64,000 nucleotides of DNA from an uncultured Thermodesulfobacteriota bacterium (GTDB lineage: Bacteria > Desulfobacterota > S145-22). Location: contig CAZOBB010000026.1 in the NCBI GenBank assembly GCA_964577975.1, positions 3,120 through 67,119 on the forward strand. Direction: 5' to 3'. A program made the position numbers and the translations under genes. This document shows positions 55,662 through 64,000 of the stretch, in pieces; the first letter of the stretch is position 1, and every line of letters begins with the position of its first letter. The notes beneath the pieces were generated by a model. The model made no database searches. It was not told where the DNA came from and was given only the letters and a program-made list of their open reading frames with translations.

Positions 55662-58133
55662 ATGACGGTGCATATAACAATAAACGGAAAAGAGATCGAA
55701 GCGGAAGAGGGAAAGACGATCCTCGAGGTGGCGAGGGAAAACGATATCTACATCCCAACGCTTTGTTATCATTCACACCTTCATCCCATTGGCTCCTGCC
55801 GCTTGTGTGTAGTCGACATTGAGGGTTATTCCATGCCTATGGCGGCCTGTACCACCCCTGTTATGGATGGAATCCGGGTTCATACAAATACGGGCAGGGT
55901 GAAGAAGATGCGGCGGCAAGCGATGGAGTTGATTCTTGTCAACCATCCCCTCGACTGTCCCGTATGCGATAAAGGAGGAGAGTGCCGTCTTCAAGATCTT
56001 GCCTATGAGTTCGGAATAGATGAGCAGCCCTTCTATGCCAAAAAACCGGAAAGGGAGATTGTCCCTTTTTCAACGCCTCTCATCCGCCAGTGGGTGGATC
56101 GCTGTGTGGTCTGTCTCCGTTGCGTACACGTATGCCACGAACTCGTTGGAAACGCCGCCATCGATGTTAAAGAGACGGGCTACCGATCGGTAATCTATCC
56201 CGTAGCTCCGGAAAGGTGCGCATCCTGTGGTGAATGCCTTTCGGTCTGTCCTGTGGGTGCTTTGACAGAGGCGGTCAATCCCTTGCGTGGGCGCGTGTGG
56301 CAAATAGACCGGGAACAGACGACGTGTGGCCAGTGTGGTATAGGGTGCCAGATGGAAATAAGCGTCTATGACAACAAGCCGGTCAATGTGAAGACGGATG
56401 GGGTTCTTGATGCGGCGCCGAATCATGGGAGCCTGTGCGCTCGGGGAAGGTTTTTCTACGACTATGTAAACAGCGACGAACGCGTTGTGCGTCCGAAGAT
56501 CAGAAAGGGAGAGGAGTGGGTCAACACCACGTGGGAGGAGGCTTATGAAGAGGCGATCAATCGGCTTCGGGAGATAACGCGAGAGTATGGGACTGATGCA
56601 GTGGGGTTCGTGGTGTCGTCCCGGCTGGTGAATGAAGACCTGGTAAAAATATATGAGTTTGCCCTAAAAGGAATGGAGATAGTAAACATAGACACCTCTT
56701 CTAGGTTCGATCTCAGGGTTCATGAGGATATTCTAAAGGCATGGACGTCCGCGGGAATATCGCGTTCCCTGAAAGACCTGAAGGAGGCGGATCTCGTGGT
56801 GGTCGCGGGTGGAGACATCGATCTTACCGCTCAGATCGTGGCAAACAACGTTCGTTATGCGCAGCGTCTGAGAGACGCAAAGGTCATTACGATTAATCCC
56901 TACAAAACACGGCTTGATGAGATTGCGGATGCTCCCATGTATTGCAACGCCGGAACGGAGATTCCTGTGTTTTATGGCCTAATCAAAGAGGCTTTTTCTG
57001 AGCGGGAGACGTTTACATCAGATGAAGGGTGGAACTCTTTTGTAAAGGCATTGGACGATTATTCCGGCGAAGAGGTTTGTGATGCGGCTGGTGTCGATAA
57101 AAAGACGTTTGAAGAGGCTGCTAAATTGTTGAAAGAAAAAGAGACGGTAGCCTTTGTGGTAGGGACAAGCCTAGGGCAAATAGTGAATGGATCGCAAAAC
57201 ATAAAAGCACTCGCCAACGTGGCGCTTGCCTGTAAAAAGGCGGGTAAAAAAGTCGTGTGGATCCCGGTGAGCGCCTATGCCAACGCGATGGGGTCATTGT
57301 GGATCGATCAGAGGGAGAAGAAGGAGCGGGGCCTTACCTACGGCGAGATGATACAGGCGGCGCAGAATGAAAAGCTGAAAGGACTCGTGGTGGTGGAAGA
57401 CGATCCATTGGCCTTCCTGCCCGATACGGAATACGTAAGAGAGGCCCTGAAGAAACTCGACTTTCTCATGGTGGTTGACCTGTTTGAAACAGCCACATCG
57501 GCCTATGCTCATCTCTTCCTTCCTTCCTGCAGTTTCATGGAAAAGGAGGGTACCTTCATCAACGTGGAGGGAAGAAAAGGTGCCGTTCGAAAGATGATGA
57601 CCCCCCTTAATGAAACGAAAACGGCGGGTAATATCTTTATGGAGCTGGCCCTGAAAATGAAGCTCGACATCACCGTGAGCGAGGAGGGCGTGAAGGAAAA
57701 GGTTGATTCGTTGGGTGAAGGTGCCGCGGAAAGCTCTTTGGGATTCTTTGATGTGGCCTATCAAGCGGTCAGGGCGGAAGAAAATGGACATCTCTTCCTC
57801 TTGTGCCCGGATCACCTCTATAACCATCATTACGGCATCGAGCGGGTTTACGCGACGGCGATAGATAAGCTAGACAAGACGCCCGAATACCTCATGAATC
57901 CTAAGGACGCCGCGAGATTTGGGATCGAAGAGGGGATGGAAGCGGTGTTGTCAACGGAGAAGGGAAAGATAACGGTACGGCCGACGCTGTCCGAAGACGT
58001 AAAGGAAGGCCACATGGTTGTAAAATCCCACTACCGGCCAACGGGAATTAAGAGATTGTTTCCTTTCGAGCTGGATGAAGAAGTGAAAACCCCTATGAGT
58101 GGATTCGTCCGCGTAAAATTGCAGAAGCCATAA
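55662..58133 (+). CDS. nuoG: NuoG-like 75-kDa subunit (2Fe-2S N1b, His-ligated N5, N4 and N7-type cluster motifs + degenerate molybdopterin-oxidoreductase domain); SfrA/FdhA-like alternative possible
   Basis: It has CYHSHLHPIGSCRLC (2Fe-2S), HPLDCPVCDKGGECRLQ (the HxxxCxxCx5C N5 motif), CVVCLRCVHVC and CASCGECLSVCP (4Fe-4S), and CGQCGIGC (N7/Fdh-type), and is 823 aa. Confidence 0.8.
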   Translation: MTVHITINGKEIEAEEGKTILEVARENDIYIPTLCYHSHLHPIGSCRLCVVDIEGYSMPMAACTTPVMDGIRVHTNTGRVKKMRRQAMELILVNHPLDCPVCDKGGECRLQDLAYEFGIDEQPFYAKKPEREIVPFSTPLIRQWVDRCVVCLRCVHVCHELVGNAAIDVKETGYRSVIYPVAPERCASCGECLSVCPVGALTEAVNPLRGRVWQIDREQTTCGQCGIGCQMEISVYDNKPVNVKTDGVLDAAPNHGSLCARGRFFYDYVNSDERVVRPKIRKGEEWVNTTWEEAYEEAINRLREITREYGTDAVGFVVSSRLVNEDLVKIYEFALKGMEIVNIDTSSRFDLRVHEDILKAWTSAGISRSLKDLKEADLVVVAGGDIDLTAQIVANNVRYAQRLRDAKVITINPYKTRLDEIADAPMYCNAGTEIPVFYGLIKEAFSERETFTSDEGWNSFVKALDDYSGEEVCDAAGVDKKTFEEAAKLLKEKETVAFVVGTSLGQIVNGSQNIKALANVALACKKAGKKVVWIPVSAYANAMGSLWIDQREKKERGLTYGEMIQAAQNEKLKGLVVVEDDPLAFLPDTEYVREALKKLDFLMVVDLFETATSAYAHLFLPSCSFMEKEGTFINVEGRKGAVRKMMTPLNETKTAGNIFMELALKMKLDITVSEEGVKEKVDSLGEGAAESSLGFFDVAYQAVRAEENGHLFLLCPDHLYNHHYGIERVYATAIDKLDKTPEYLMNPKDAARFGIEEGMEAVLSTEKGKITVRPTLSEDVKEGHMVVKSHYRPTGIKRLFPFELDEEVKTPMSGFVRVKLQKP

Positions 58134-58148
58134 AAAGGGAAGGGTGCC

Positions 58149-59123
58149 ATGGCATTGTTAATTGAATCCATCGTGAAAGTCATCGTTGTTTTTGGGATCT
58201 TCATGGGATGTGTCGCGTACATGACCCTTTTGGAGAGAAAGGTGCTGGGGCGTGTTCAGGTGCGTTACGGCCCCAACCGTGTCGGGCCGTTTGGGATTTG
58301 GCAACCACTCGCGGATGGCGTGAAGGCCTTTTTCAAGGAGGACTTGATCCCTGCCAACGCCGACAAGCCCCTTTTCATCATCGCGCCGATGATAACCGTG
58401 GCGTCTGCCTTGTGTTTGATTGCGGTGATTCCTTTTGGCGACAAGATCACCCTGTTTGGAAGAACGATCTATTTGAGAATCACCGATTTGGACGTGGGTA
58501 TCCTTTATCTCTTTGCCTTCGCCTCCCTTGGGGAATATGGGGTCGTCCTGGGCGGCTGGGCGTCGGGAAACAAATACGGCGTAATCGGGGCGTTACGGGC
58601 CGCCGCGCAGATGATCAGCTACGAATTGGCGCTGAGCCTGTCCGTGATCGGGGTCATCATGATCACCGGTTCCCTCAGCCTTTCCGCTATCGTGGAACAC
58701 CAAGCGCACATGTGGAATATCGTCTACCAGCCTTTCGCGTTCGTATTCTACATGGTGTGTGCCTTGGCCGAGATCAATCGGACCCCGTTTGACATGCCGG
58801 AGGCGGAAGCGGAACTGGCATGTGGGTATAATATTGAGTACAGTAGCATGAAATTCGCCCTCTTCTTCATGGGGGAATACGCACATCTCGTGGTCGTATG
58901 CGCCGTGGCGACGACCCTGTTTCTTGGAGGATGGCAGGGGCCGTTCCTTCCAGGAGTCGTATGGTTCTTGCTTAAGACATTTGTCTTGGTTTTCTTCTGT
59001 ATATGGGAGAGGGGAACCTTTCCGAGGTTGCGTTACGATCAGATCATGCACTTCGGATGGAAGATTTTGCTCCCGTTGACGTTGGCGAATGTGGTGGTAA
59101 CCGCCATCGTGATGGCCTTATAG
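58149..59123 (+). CDS. nuoH: NADH-quinone oxidoreductase subunit H
   Basis: It has 8 TM helices and the NuoH motifs (MTLLERKVLGRVQVRYGPNRVGPFG... EYA). Confidence 0.9.
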   Translation: MALLIESIVKVIVVFGIFMGCVAYMTLLERKVLGRVQVRYGPNRVGPFGIWQPLADGVKAFFKEDLIPANADKPLFIIAPMITVASALCLIAVIPFGDKITLFGRTIYLRITDLDVGILYLFAFASLGEYGVVLGGWASGNKYGVIGALRAAAQMISYELALSLSVIGVIMITGSLSLSAIVEHQAHMWNIVYQPFAFVFYMVCALAEINRTPFDMPEAEAELACGYNIEYSSMKFALFFMGEYAHLVVVCAVATTLFLGGWQGPFLPGVVWFLLKTFVLVFFCIWERGTFPRLRYDQIMHFGWKILLPLTLANVVVTAIVMAL

Positions 59124-59136
59124 GAGGGACGATACG

Positions 59137-59550
59137 ATGATTATTCCGCTGATAAAGGGTTTGAAATATACATTGGGGAGATTCTTTTCCAAGCCGATTA
59201 CCATCCAGTACCCCGAGGAACGACGGGAGGTTGCGCCAAGGTGGCGAGGAATCCATTATTTCAACGTGGATGAAAATGGGACGTTCAAGTGCGTGGCGTG
59301 TGGGTTGTGCGCGGCGGTTTGTCCCTCACAGTGTATCAAGATAACGGCGGGGGAAGACGAAGAAGGCGTGCGTTATCCCATGCATTATGAAATCAATGCG
59401 ATCCGGTGCATCTATTGCGGTTTCTGCGTAGAGGCCTGCCCGGTAGATGCGATCAGGATGGGGTCGAAATATGATTTCACCGATTACAAACGCGAAGACT
59501 TCATATTAACCATTGATCGCTTGGTCTCTCAGGATTACTTGGAGAAATAG
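59137..59550 (+). CDS. nuoI: NADH-quinone oxidoreductase subunit I (2x[4Fe-4S])
   Basis: It has two CxxCxxCxxxCP motifs (CVACGLCAAVCP; CIYCGFCVEACP). Confidence 0.9.
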   Translation: MIIPLIKGLKYTLGRFFSKPITIQYPEERREVAPRWRGIHYFNVDENGTFKCVACGLCAAVCPSQCIKITAGEDEEGVRYPMHYEINAIRCIYCGFCVEACPVDAIRMGSKYDFTDYKREDFILTIDRLVSQDYLEK

Positions 59551-59561
59551 GAGTAGAAGGC

Positions 59562-60089
59562 ATGGCTGTTCTAATAGCGAAATGGGTGATTTTTATCATC
59601 GTAAGCCTCTTGGCGATTGCGTCCTCCGTCTTGATGATTACGCGAAGGAACACATTGCACAGCGCGCTGTTCATGATACTGGCGTTCGTGGCCTCGGCTA
59701 TCCTTTATCTTCTGTTGGGATGCCAGTTTCTCGCCATGTTGCAGATTATCGTCTACGCGGGGGCCGTCATGATGCTGATCATCTTCGTCATCATGATGCT
59801 GGATTTGAAAAAGGAAGAACAGACGAAGATGAAGGTTACGAAGACGAAAGTAACGGGTGTTATTCTGAGTGTCCTATTCATGTTGATGCTCATTTTGGTG
59901 ATGGGATTGAACGCCATAAAGGGGAAAATGGGAAATCTGAGCTCGATCGGGGACGCGAAAACCATCGGGTCTCTCTTGTTTACGAGGTTTCTGCTCCCCT
60001 TCGAGGTGGCGTCGATCCTTCTATTGGCTGCCATGGTGGGTGCCGTCATGTTGAGTAAAAAGAAAGCCTTTGGAGGAGAGGATCAATGA
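59562..60089 (+). CDS. nuoJ: NADH-quinone oxidoreductase subunit J
   Basis: It has 5 TM helices matching the NuoJ family, in conserved operon position. Confidence 0.85.
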   Translation: MAVLIAKWVIFIIVSLLAIASSVLMITRRNTLHSALFMILAFVASAILYLLLGCQFLAMLQIIVYAGAVMMLIIFVIMMLDLKKEEQTKMKVTKTKVTGVILSVLFMLMLILVMGLNAIKGKMGNLSSIGDAKTIGSLLFTRFLLPFEVASILLLAAMVGAVMLSKKKAFGGEDQ

Positions 60090-60388
60090 TACCGGTGCAA
60101 GCCTATTTTGTCGTGAGTGCGATCCTGTTTGTAATTGGTGTTATCGGGGCTATCACACGCCGGAATGCCATTGTGGTGTTCATGTCCATCGAGATGATGC
60201 TGAATGCCGTGAACCTTATCATGATAGCCGCGTCGAGCTATCTCCATTCCATTGATGGTGTGATGTTCGTTTTCTTCGTGATGACGGTCGCCGCGGCGGA
60301 GGCGGCGGTCGGGCTCGCCATCTTCCTGATGATGTATCGCAAGAAAGACACCATAAAACTAGACGAGTTTAACCTGCTCAAAGGATAA
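60086..60388 (+). CDS. nuoK: NADH-quinone oxidoreductase subunit K
   Basis: It is 100 aa with 3 TM helices and conserved Glu residues, and overlaps nuoJ by 4 nt. Confidence 0.9.
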   Translation: MIPVQAYFVVSAILFVIGVIGAITRRNAIVVFMSIEMMLNAVNLIMIAASSYLHSIDGVMFVFFVMTVAAAEAAVGLAIFLMMYRKKDTIKLDEFNLLKG

Positions 60389-60404
60389 AGAAGGAGAACG
60401 ATCC

Positions 60405-62354
60405 ATGACGTCGTATATCTGGCTGATTCCTTTCTTCCCGATGGTCGGTTTTTTGATCAACGGCCTGCTAGGTGTCAAATTCAAGCGGTCGTGGATTCAC
60501 GTGATCGCGGCATCCGCGATTGGACTTTCGTTTCTCACGACCGTTATCCTCTTCTTTGAACTTCTGAAGGTAGAACCACACGCGAGGCATTTCGAAAATG
60601 TCATCTTCGACTGGATCGTGGCAGGAAAGTTTCACACCCAGATCGCGTTCATGCTGGATCCTCTCTCTATCGTCATGGCCCTGGTGGTAACGGGGGTTAG
60701 CTTCATGATCCACATCTATTCCGGTGGATACATGCATGACGATCCGGGGTTCCGGCGGTTTTTCGTGTATCTCAACCTTTTCGTTTTTTCCATGTTGATA
60801 CTCATCCTATCGAACAGCTTCCTCCTCATGTTCGTGGGATGGGAAGGTGTGGGACTTTGTTCATATCTGCTGATCGGGTTCTGGTTTGAGAAGGATTCAG
60901 CCGCGAACGCAGGAAAGAAGGCGTTCGTGGTCAACCGGATCGGTGACTTTGGTTTCATCCTGGGAATCTTCCTCATCGTGGCGACGCTCAGCAAACATGG
61001 AATCTGGTCGCTCAATTTTGATGTCGTGTTCAAACACGCCGAGCTCTTCAGCCCGGCAACGGTGACGGCGATTACCCTGCTGTTATTTGTCGGTGCGACG
61101 GGGAAATCGGCACAGATTCCGTTGTATGTATGGCTGCCTGACGCGATGGAAGGTCCCACCCCCGTAAGCTCTCTGATCCATGCCGCGACGATGGTGACCG
61201 CGGGAGTCTACATGATCGCGCGGTGCAACGTGCTCTACAGCATGGCGCCGATAAGCCTGGAGGTGGTGGCGGTTATCGGCGTGCTCACGGCCTTCTTTTC
61301 GGCCACGATCGCCTTGGTACAGAACGACTTCAAGCGGATACTGGCCTATTCCACGGTAAGCCAGTTGGGATATATGTTCGTCGGTGTCGGAGTAGGGGCA
61401 TTCAGTGCGGGTATCTTCCACCTCATGACCCACGCCTTTTTCAAAGGACTTCTCTTCCTGGCGTCCGGAAGTGTCATGCACGCCATGGCGGGCGAGTTGA
61501 ACATACAGAAGATGGGTGGTCTCAAGAAGTTTATGCCCGTTACCTTTTGGGTTTTCATGATGGCAACGTTGGCCATCGCGGGGATTCCCGGTTTTTCCGG
61601 GTTCTTCAGCAAGGATGAGATCCTGTGGCAGGCCTTCAGCCGCGGACACACGTTTGTGTGGTTGCTTGGAACAATAGCGGCGGGCTTGACGGCGTTTTAT
61701 ATGTTCCGCCTCGCCTTCGTCGCCTTTTTCGGAGAACCGCGCATCGACGAGGAGGTTAAACATCACCTTCACGAATCGCCCAAGGTTATGACGTATCCCA
61801 TGATCGTGTTGGCCGTTGCCTCCGTCGTGGGAGGATACGTGGGGATTCCCCCTGTTTTGGGCGGGTCGAATCGGTTCGAGAAATTCCTGGAGCCCATCAT
61901 TGGAAGTGGCATGCACGAGGCAGTCAAGGAAGGGGCACACGCGGCCATGCATCATTCCGCGTCGCTCGAATTCCTCATGATGGGCATATCGGTGGCCGTT
62001 GCGATCATTGGAATTGCCGTGGCCTATATGTTTTATATCAAGAATCCAAACATCCCCGTGCGACTCGCAGAAGGAATGAAAGGCTTGTACACGCTTCTCT
62101 ACAACAAATACTTCGTGGACGAATTCTACAACAGCGTATTCGTTCAGGGGACGAAGGATTTCGCCACGTTTTTGTGGCAGAAAGTGGATGTAGGGGTCGT
62201 GGACGCCATCGTCAATGGAGTTGCCAAGGTTGTGGAACTCTGCGGCAGTGGCATTCGCAGATTGCAGACGGGGTATGTCCAGACCTATGCCTTTTCGGTT
62301 CTGGTGGGTGGAATAGCGGTATTTATTTACTTTTTCTGGGAGTCACTGTTTTAG
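60405..62354 (+). CDS. nuoL: NADH-quinone oxidoreductase subunit L
   Basis: It is a 649-aa antiporter-like subunit with a long C-terminal extension. Confidence 0.9.
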   Translation: MTSYIWLIPFFPMVGFLINGLLGVKFKRSWIHVIAASAIGLSFLTTVILFFELLKVEPHARHFENVIFDWIVAGKFHTQIAFMLDPLSIVMALVVTGVSFMIHIYSGGYMHDDPGFRRFFVYLNLFVFSMLILILSNSFLLMFVGWEGVGLCSYLLIGFWFEKDSAANAGKKAFVVNRIGDFGFILGIFLIVATLSKHGIWSLNFDVVFKHAELFSPATVTAITLLLFVGATGKSAQIPLYVWLPDAMEGPTPVSSLIHAATMVTAGVYMIARCNVLYSMAPISLEVVAVIGVLTAFFSATIALVQNDFKRILAYSTVSQLGYMFVGVGVGAFSAGIFHLMTHAFFKGLLFLASGSVMHAMAGELNIQKMGGLKKFMPVTFWVFMMATLAIAGIPGFSGFFSKDEILWQAFSRGHTFVWLLGTIAAGLTAFYMFRLAFVAFFGEPRIDEEVKHHLHESPKVMTYPMIVLAVASVVGGYVGIPPVLGGSNRFEKFLEPIIGSGMHEAVKEGAHAAMHHSASLEFLMMGISVAVAIIGIAVAYMFYIKNPNIPVRLAEGMKGLYTLLYNKYFVDEFYNSVFVQGTKDFATFLWQKVDVGVVDAIVNGVAKVVELCGSGIRRLQTGYVQTYAFSVLVGGIAVFIYFFWESLF

Positions 62355-62380
62355 TAGGAAGAGAACGAAGGAGAATCTAA

Positions 62381-63964
62381 ATGGGTGGATTGGCACATAT
62401 TCCGATCTTGAGCATTGTCATCTTTTTCCCGATGGTGGGGGTATTGTTCCTTCTCCTCATCGACAGGGAAAACGAATCGGTTATCAAAGGAACAGCGCTC
62501 GTTTTCTCGATCATCGAGTTTTTCCTTTCGCTTCCCTTGATCGTTCGTTTCAATCCGGGCACAGCGGACTTCCAGTTCGTGGAAAGGGTGCCATGGATCA
62601 AGGCGCTGGGGGTGCAGTATTTTCTGGGAATCGATGGAATCAGCTTGCTGATCGTGATGCTGACCACCTTTTTGACTGTTTTGTGTATCTTGAGTTCGTG
62701 GGACGCCATCAAAAAGAACGTGAAAGAGTACATGATCTCCATGCTCTTCTTGGAGACGGGTATGTTGGGGGCCCTTTTGTCCCTCGACTTGGTTCTTTTC
62801 TATATATTCTGGGAATTGATGTTGATCCCCATGTATCTCCTGATTGGGGTATGGGGCGGCCCGAGGCGCATCTATGCGGCGGTCAAATTCTTCCTGTACA
62901 CGATGGTGGGAAGTGTCTTGATGATGGTGGCCATATTGGCGCTTTACTTCCTCTACCACAAGGCGATGGGGGTATATACCTTTGATATTACGCAATTGTA
63001 TAAACTCAACCTCCCCGTTGGTGTTCAATTATGGATGTTCGCGGCGTTCGCGCTGGCGTTCGCCATCAAGGTCCCCATGTTTCCCTTCCATACGTGGCTG
63101 CCGGACGCCCACACGGAGGCCCCCACGGCGGGAAGCGTCATCCTGGCGGGCGTCCTGTTAAAGATGGGAACCTACGGCTTCATCCGTTTCTGTATTCCTC
63201 TCTTTCCAACGGCGGCGATCAAGTTCACCCCGTTGATCATGCTGTTGGCCGTCATAGGCATCATCTACGGTGCTCTGGTCGCCATGATGCAAAAAGATGT
63301 GAAAAAGCTCGTCGCCTATTCCAGCGTGAGCCACCTGGGATTCGTCATGTTGGGAATGTTCGCGTTGAACATGCAAAGCGTGGAGGGAAGCATCTATCAG
63401 ATGCTGAACCATGGAATCAGCACGGGGGCATTATTTTTGATCGTGGGTATGATCTATGAGCGGCGACACACGCGTTTGATCAAAGACTTCGGGGGATTGG
63501 CCAAACAGTTGCCCATCTTTGCCACCTTCTTCATGATCGCCACGCTCTCGTCCATTGGGCTGCCGGGCACGAACGGCTTCGTGGGTGAGTTCCTCATCTT
63601 ACTGGGGACCTTCAAAGCCAGTCGGCCCTTCGCGGTCTTCGCCGCCACCGGCGTCATCTTGGGTGCCGCCTACATGCTCTGGATGTTCCAGCGCGTGATG
63701 TTTGGAAAACTGGACAAGGAGGAGAACAAGGTTCTCAAGGATTTGAATTGGCGCGAGGTGGTCACCCTTGTCCCCATCGTCATCATGGTGTTTTGGATGG
63801 GAATCTATCCAAAATTCTTCATAGGCAAAATGGAAAAGAGCGTTTCCAGCTTTTTGACGAACGTGCATAAAAAGGTCGAGGCGCGCAGCGTATTGGACAA
63901 CAAAAAGGCTGTGGCGGAGAATCTTTGGAAATCCGGCAGAATCTCAACGGAAAAGGTCAATTAG
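62381..63964 (+). CDS. nuoM: NADH-quinone oxidoreductase subunit M
   Basis: It is a 527-aa antiporter-like subunit ([28 protein letters not shown]). nuoN begins at 63996 at the window edge. Confidence 0.9.
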   Translation: MGGLAHIPILSIVIFFPMVGVLFLLLIDRENESVIKGTALVFSIIEFFLSLPLIVRFNPGTADFQFVERVPWIKALGVQYFLGIDGISLLIVMLTTFLTVLCILSSWDAIKKNVKEYMISMLFLETGMLGALLSLDLVLFYIFWELMLIPMYLLIGVWGGPRRIYAAVKFFLYTMVGSVLMMVAILALYFLYHKAMGVYTFDITQLYKLNLPVGVQLWMFAAFALAFAIKVPMFPFHTWLPDAHTEAPTAGSVILAGVLLKMGTYGFIRFCIPLFPTAAIKFTPLIMLLAVIGIIYGALVAMMQKDVKKLVAYSSVSHLGFVMLGMFALNMQSVEGSIYQMLNHGISTGALFLIVGMIYERRHTRLIKDFGGLAKQLPIFATFFMIATLSSIGLPGTNGFVGEFLILLGTFKASRPFAVFAATGVILGAAYMLWMFQRVMFGKLDKEENKVLKDLNWREVVTLVPIVIMVFWMGIYPKFFIGKMEKSVSSFLTNVHKKVEARSVLDNKKAVAENLWKSGRISTEKVN

Positions 63965-64000
63965 TCAAACATCTATCTGGAGGGAAAGAATAAAATGAGC

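Noticed and set aside
1-64000. CRISPR arrays, tRNA/rRNA genes, prophage or defence-island signatures
   Set aside because: No regularly spaced direct repeats were seen. No intergenic region is longer than ~190 nt, and none shows tRNA-like arm structure. No integrase, restriction, Cas or abortive-infection-like ORFs were recognised.

Overview
By eye the window is a gene-dense chromosomal segment of roughly 50% GC. The gene set suggests an anaerobic, probably deltaproteobacterial or Nitrospirae-like, bacterium. I saw no rRNA, tRNA or CRISPR array and no obvious prophage. The content, in order, is below.

- (1) A 5'-truncated nucleotidyltransferase-like ORF, an M50 site-2 protease and an orphan hybrid PAS histidine kinase.
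- (2) A minus-strand efflux operon: tetR, tolC-like outer membrane factor, membrane fusion protein, AcrB-type RND pump and a small P-II-like gene whose start overlaps the pump stop (ATGA). A fused ADP-forming acetyl-CoA synthetase follows 15 nt downstream.
- (3) hflK-hflC plus a Fis-type regulator; an atypical REC-GGDEF protein; livHMGF without a binding protein; rmuC.
- (4) An MFS transporter overlapping adenine deaminase, then pckA, then a PaaK-like CoA ligase followed by a three-subunit xanthine-dehydrogenase-family molybdoenzyme (FAD, 2Fe-2S, Mo subunits).
- (5) A pyruvoyl-enzyme polyamine cluster (speH-pdaD-speE) divergent from a PLP decarboxylase.
- (6) Housekeeping genes: recO, mgtE, lolA, ftsK, rnj, plsC, an orphan CooC-like ATPase and kdsB.
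- (7) A large sensor GGDEF protein, a cupin, a flavodoxin-like reductase, a solitary Y1 (HUH) transposase-like gene with a C-terminal HTH, archaeal-type myo-inositol-1-phosphate synthase and an unknown GT-A-like protein.
- (8) A complex I operon, nuoA-B-C-D-[X]-G-H-I-J-K-L-M, with nuoN starting at nt 63996 at the window edge.

The most unusual feature is in the nuo operon. nuoE and nuoF are absent. Their slot holds a single 653-aa protein: it keeps only the C-terminal 4Fe-4S (N3) domain of NuoF, fused to a GltD/SudA-type Fe-S/FAD/NAD(P)H oxidoreductase module, and is followed by a NuoG-like protein. This resembles an SfrB/SfrA-type NADPH-linked input module grafted onto complex I.
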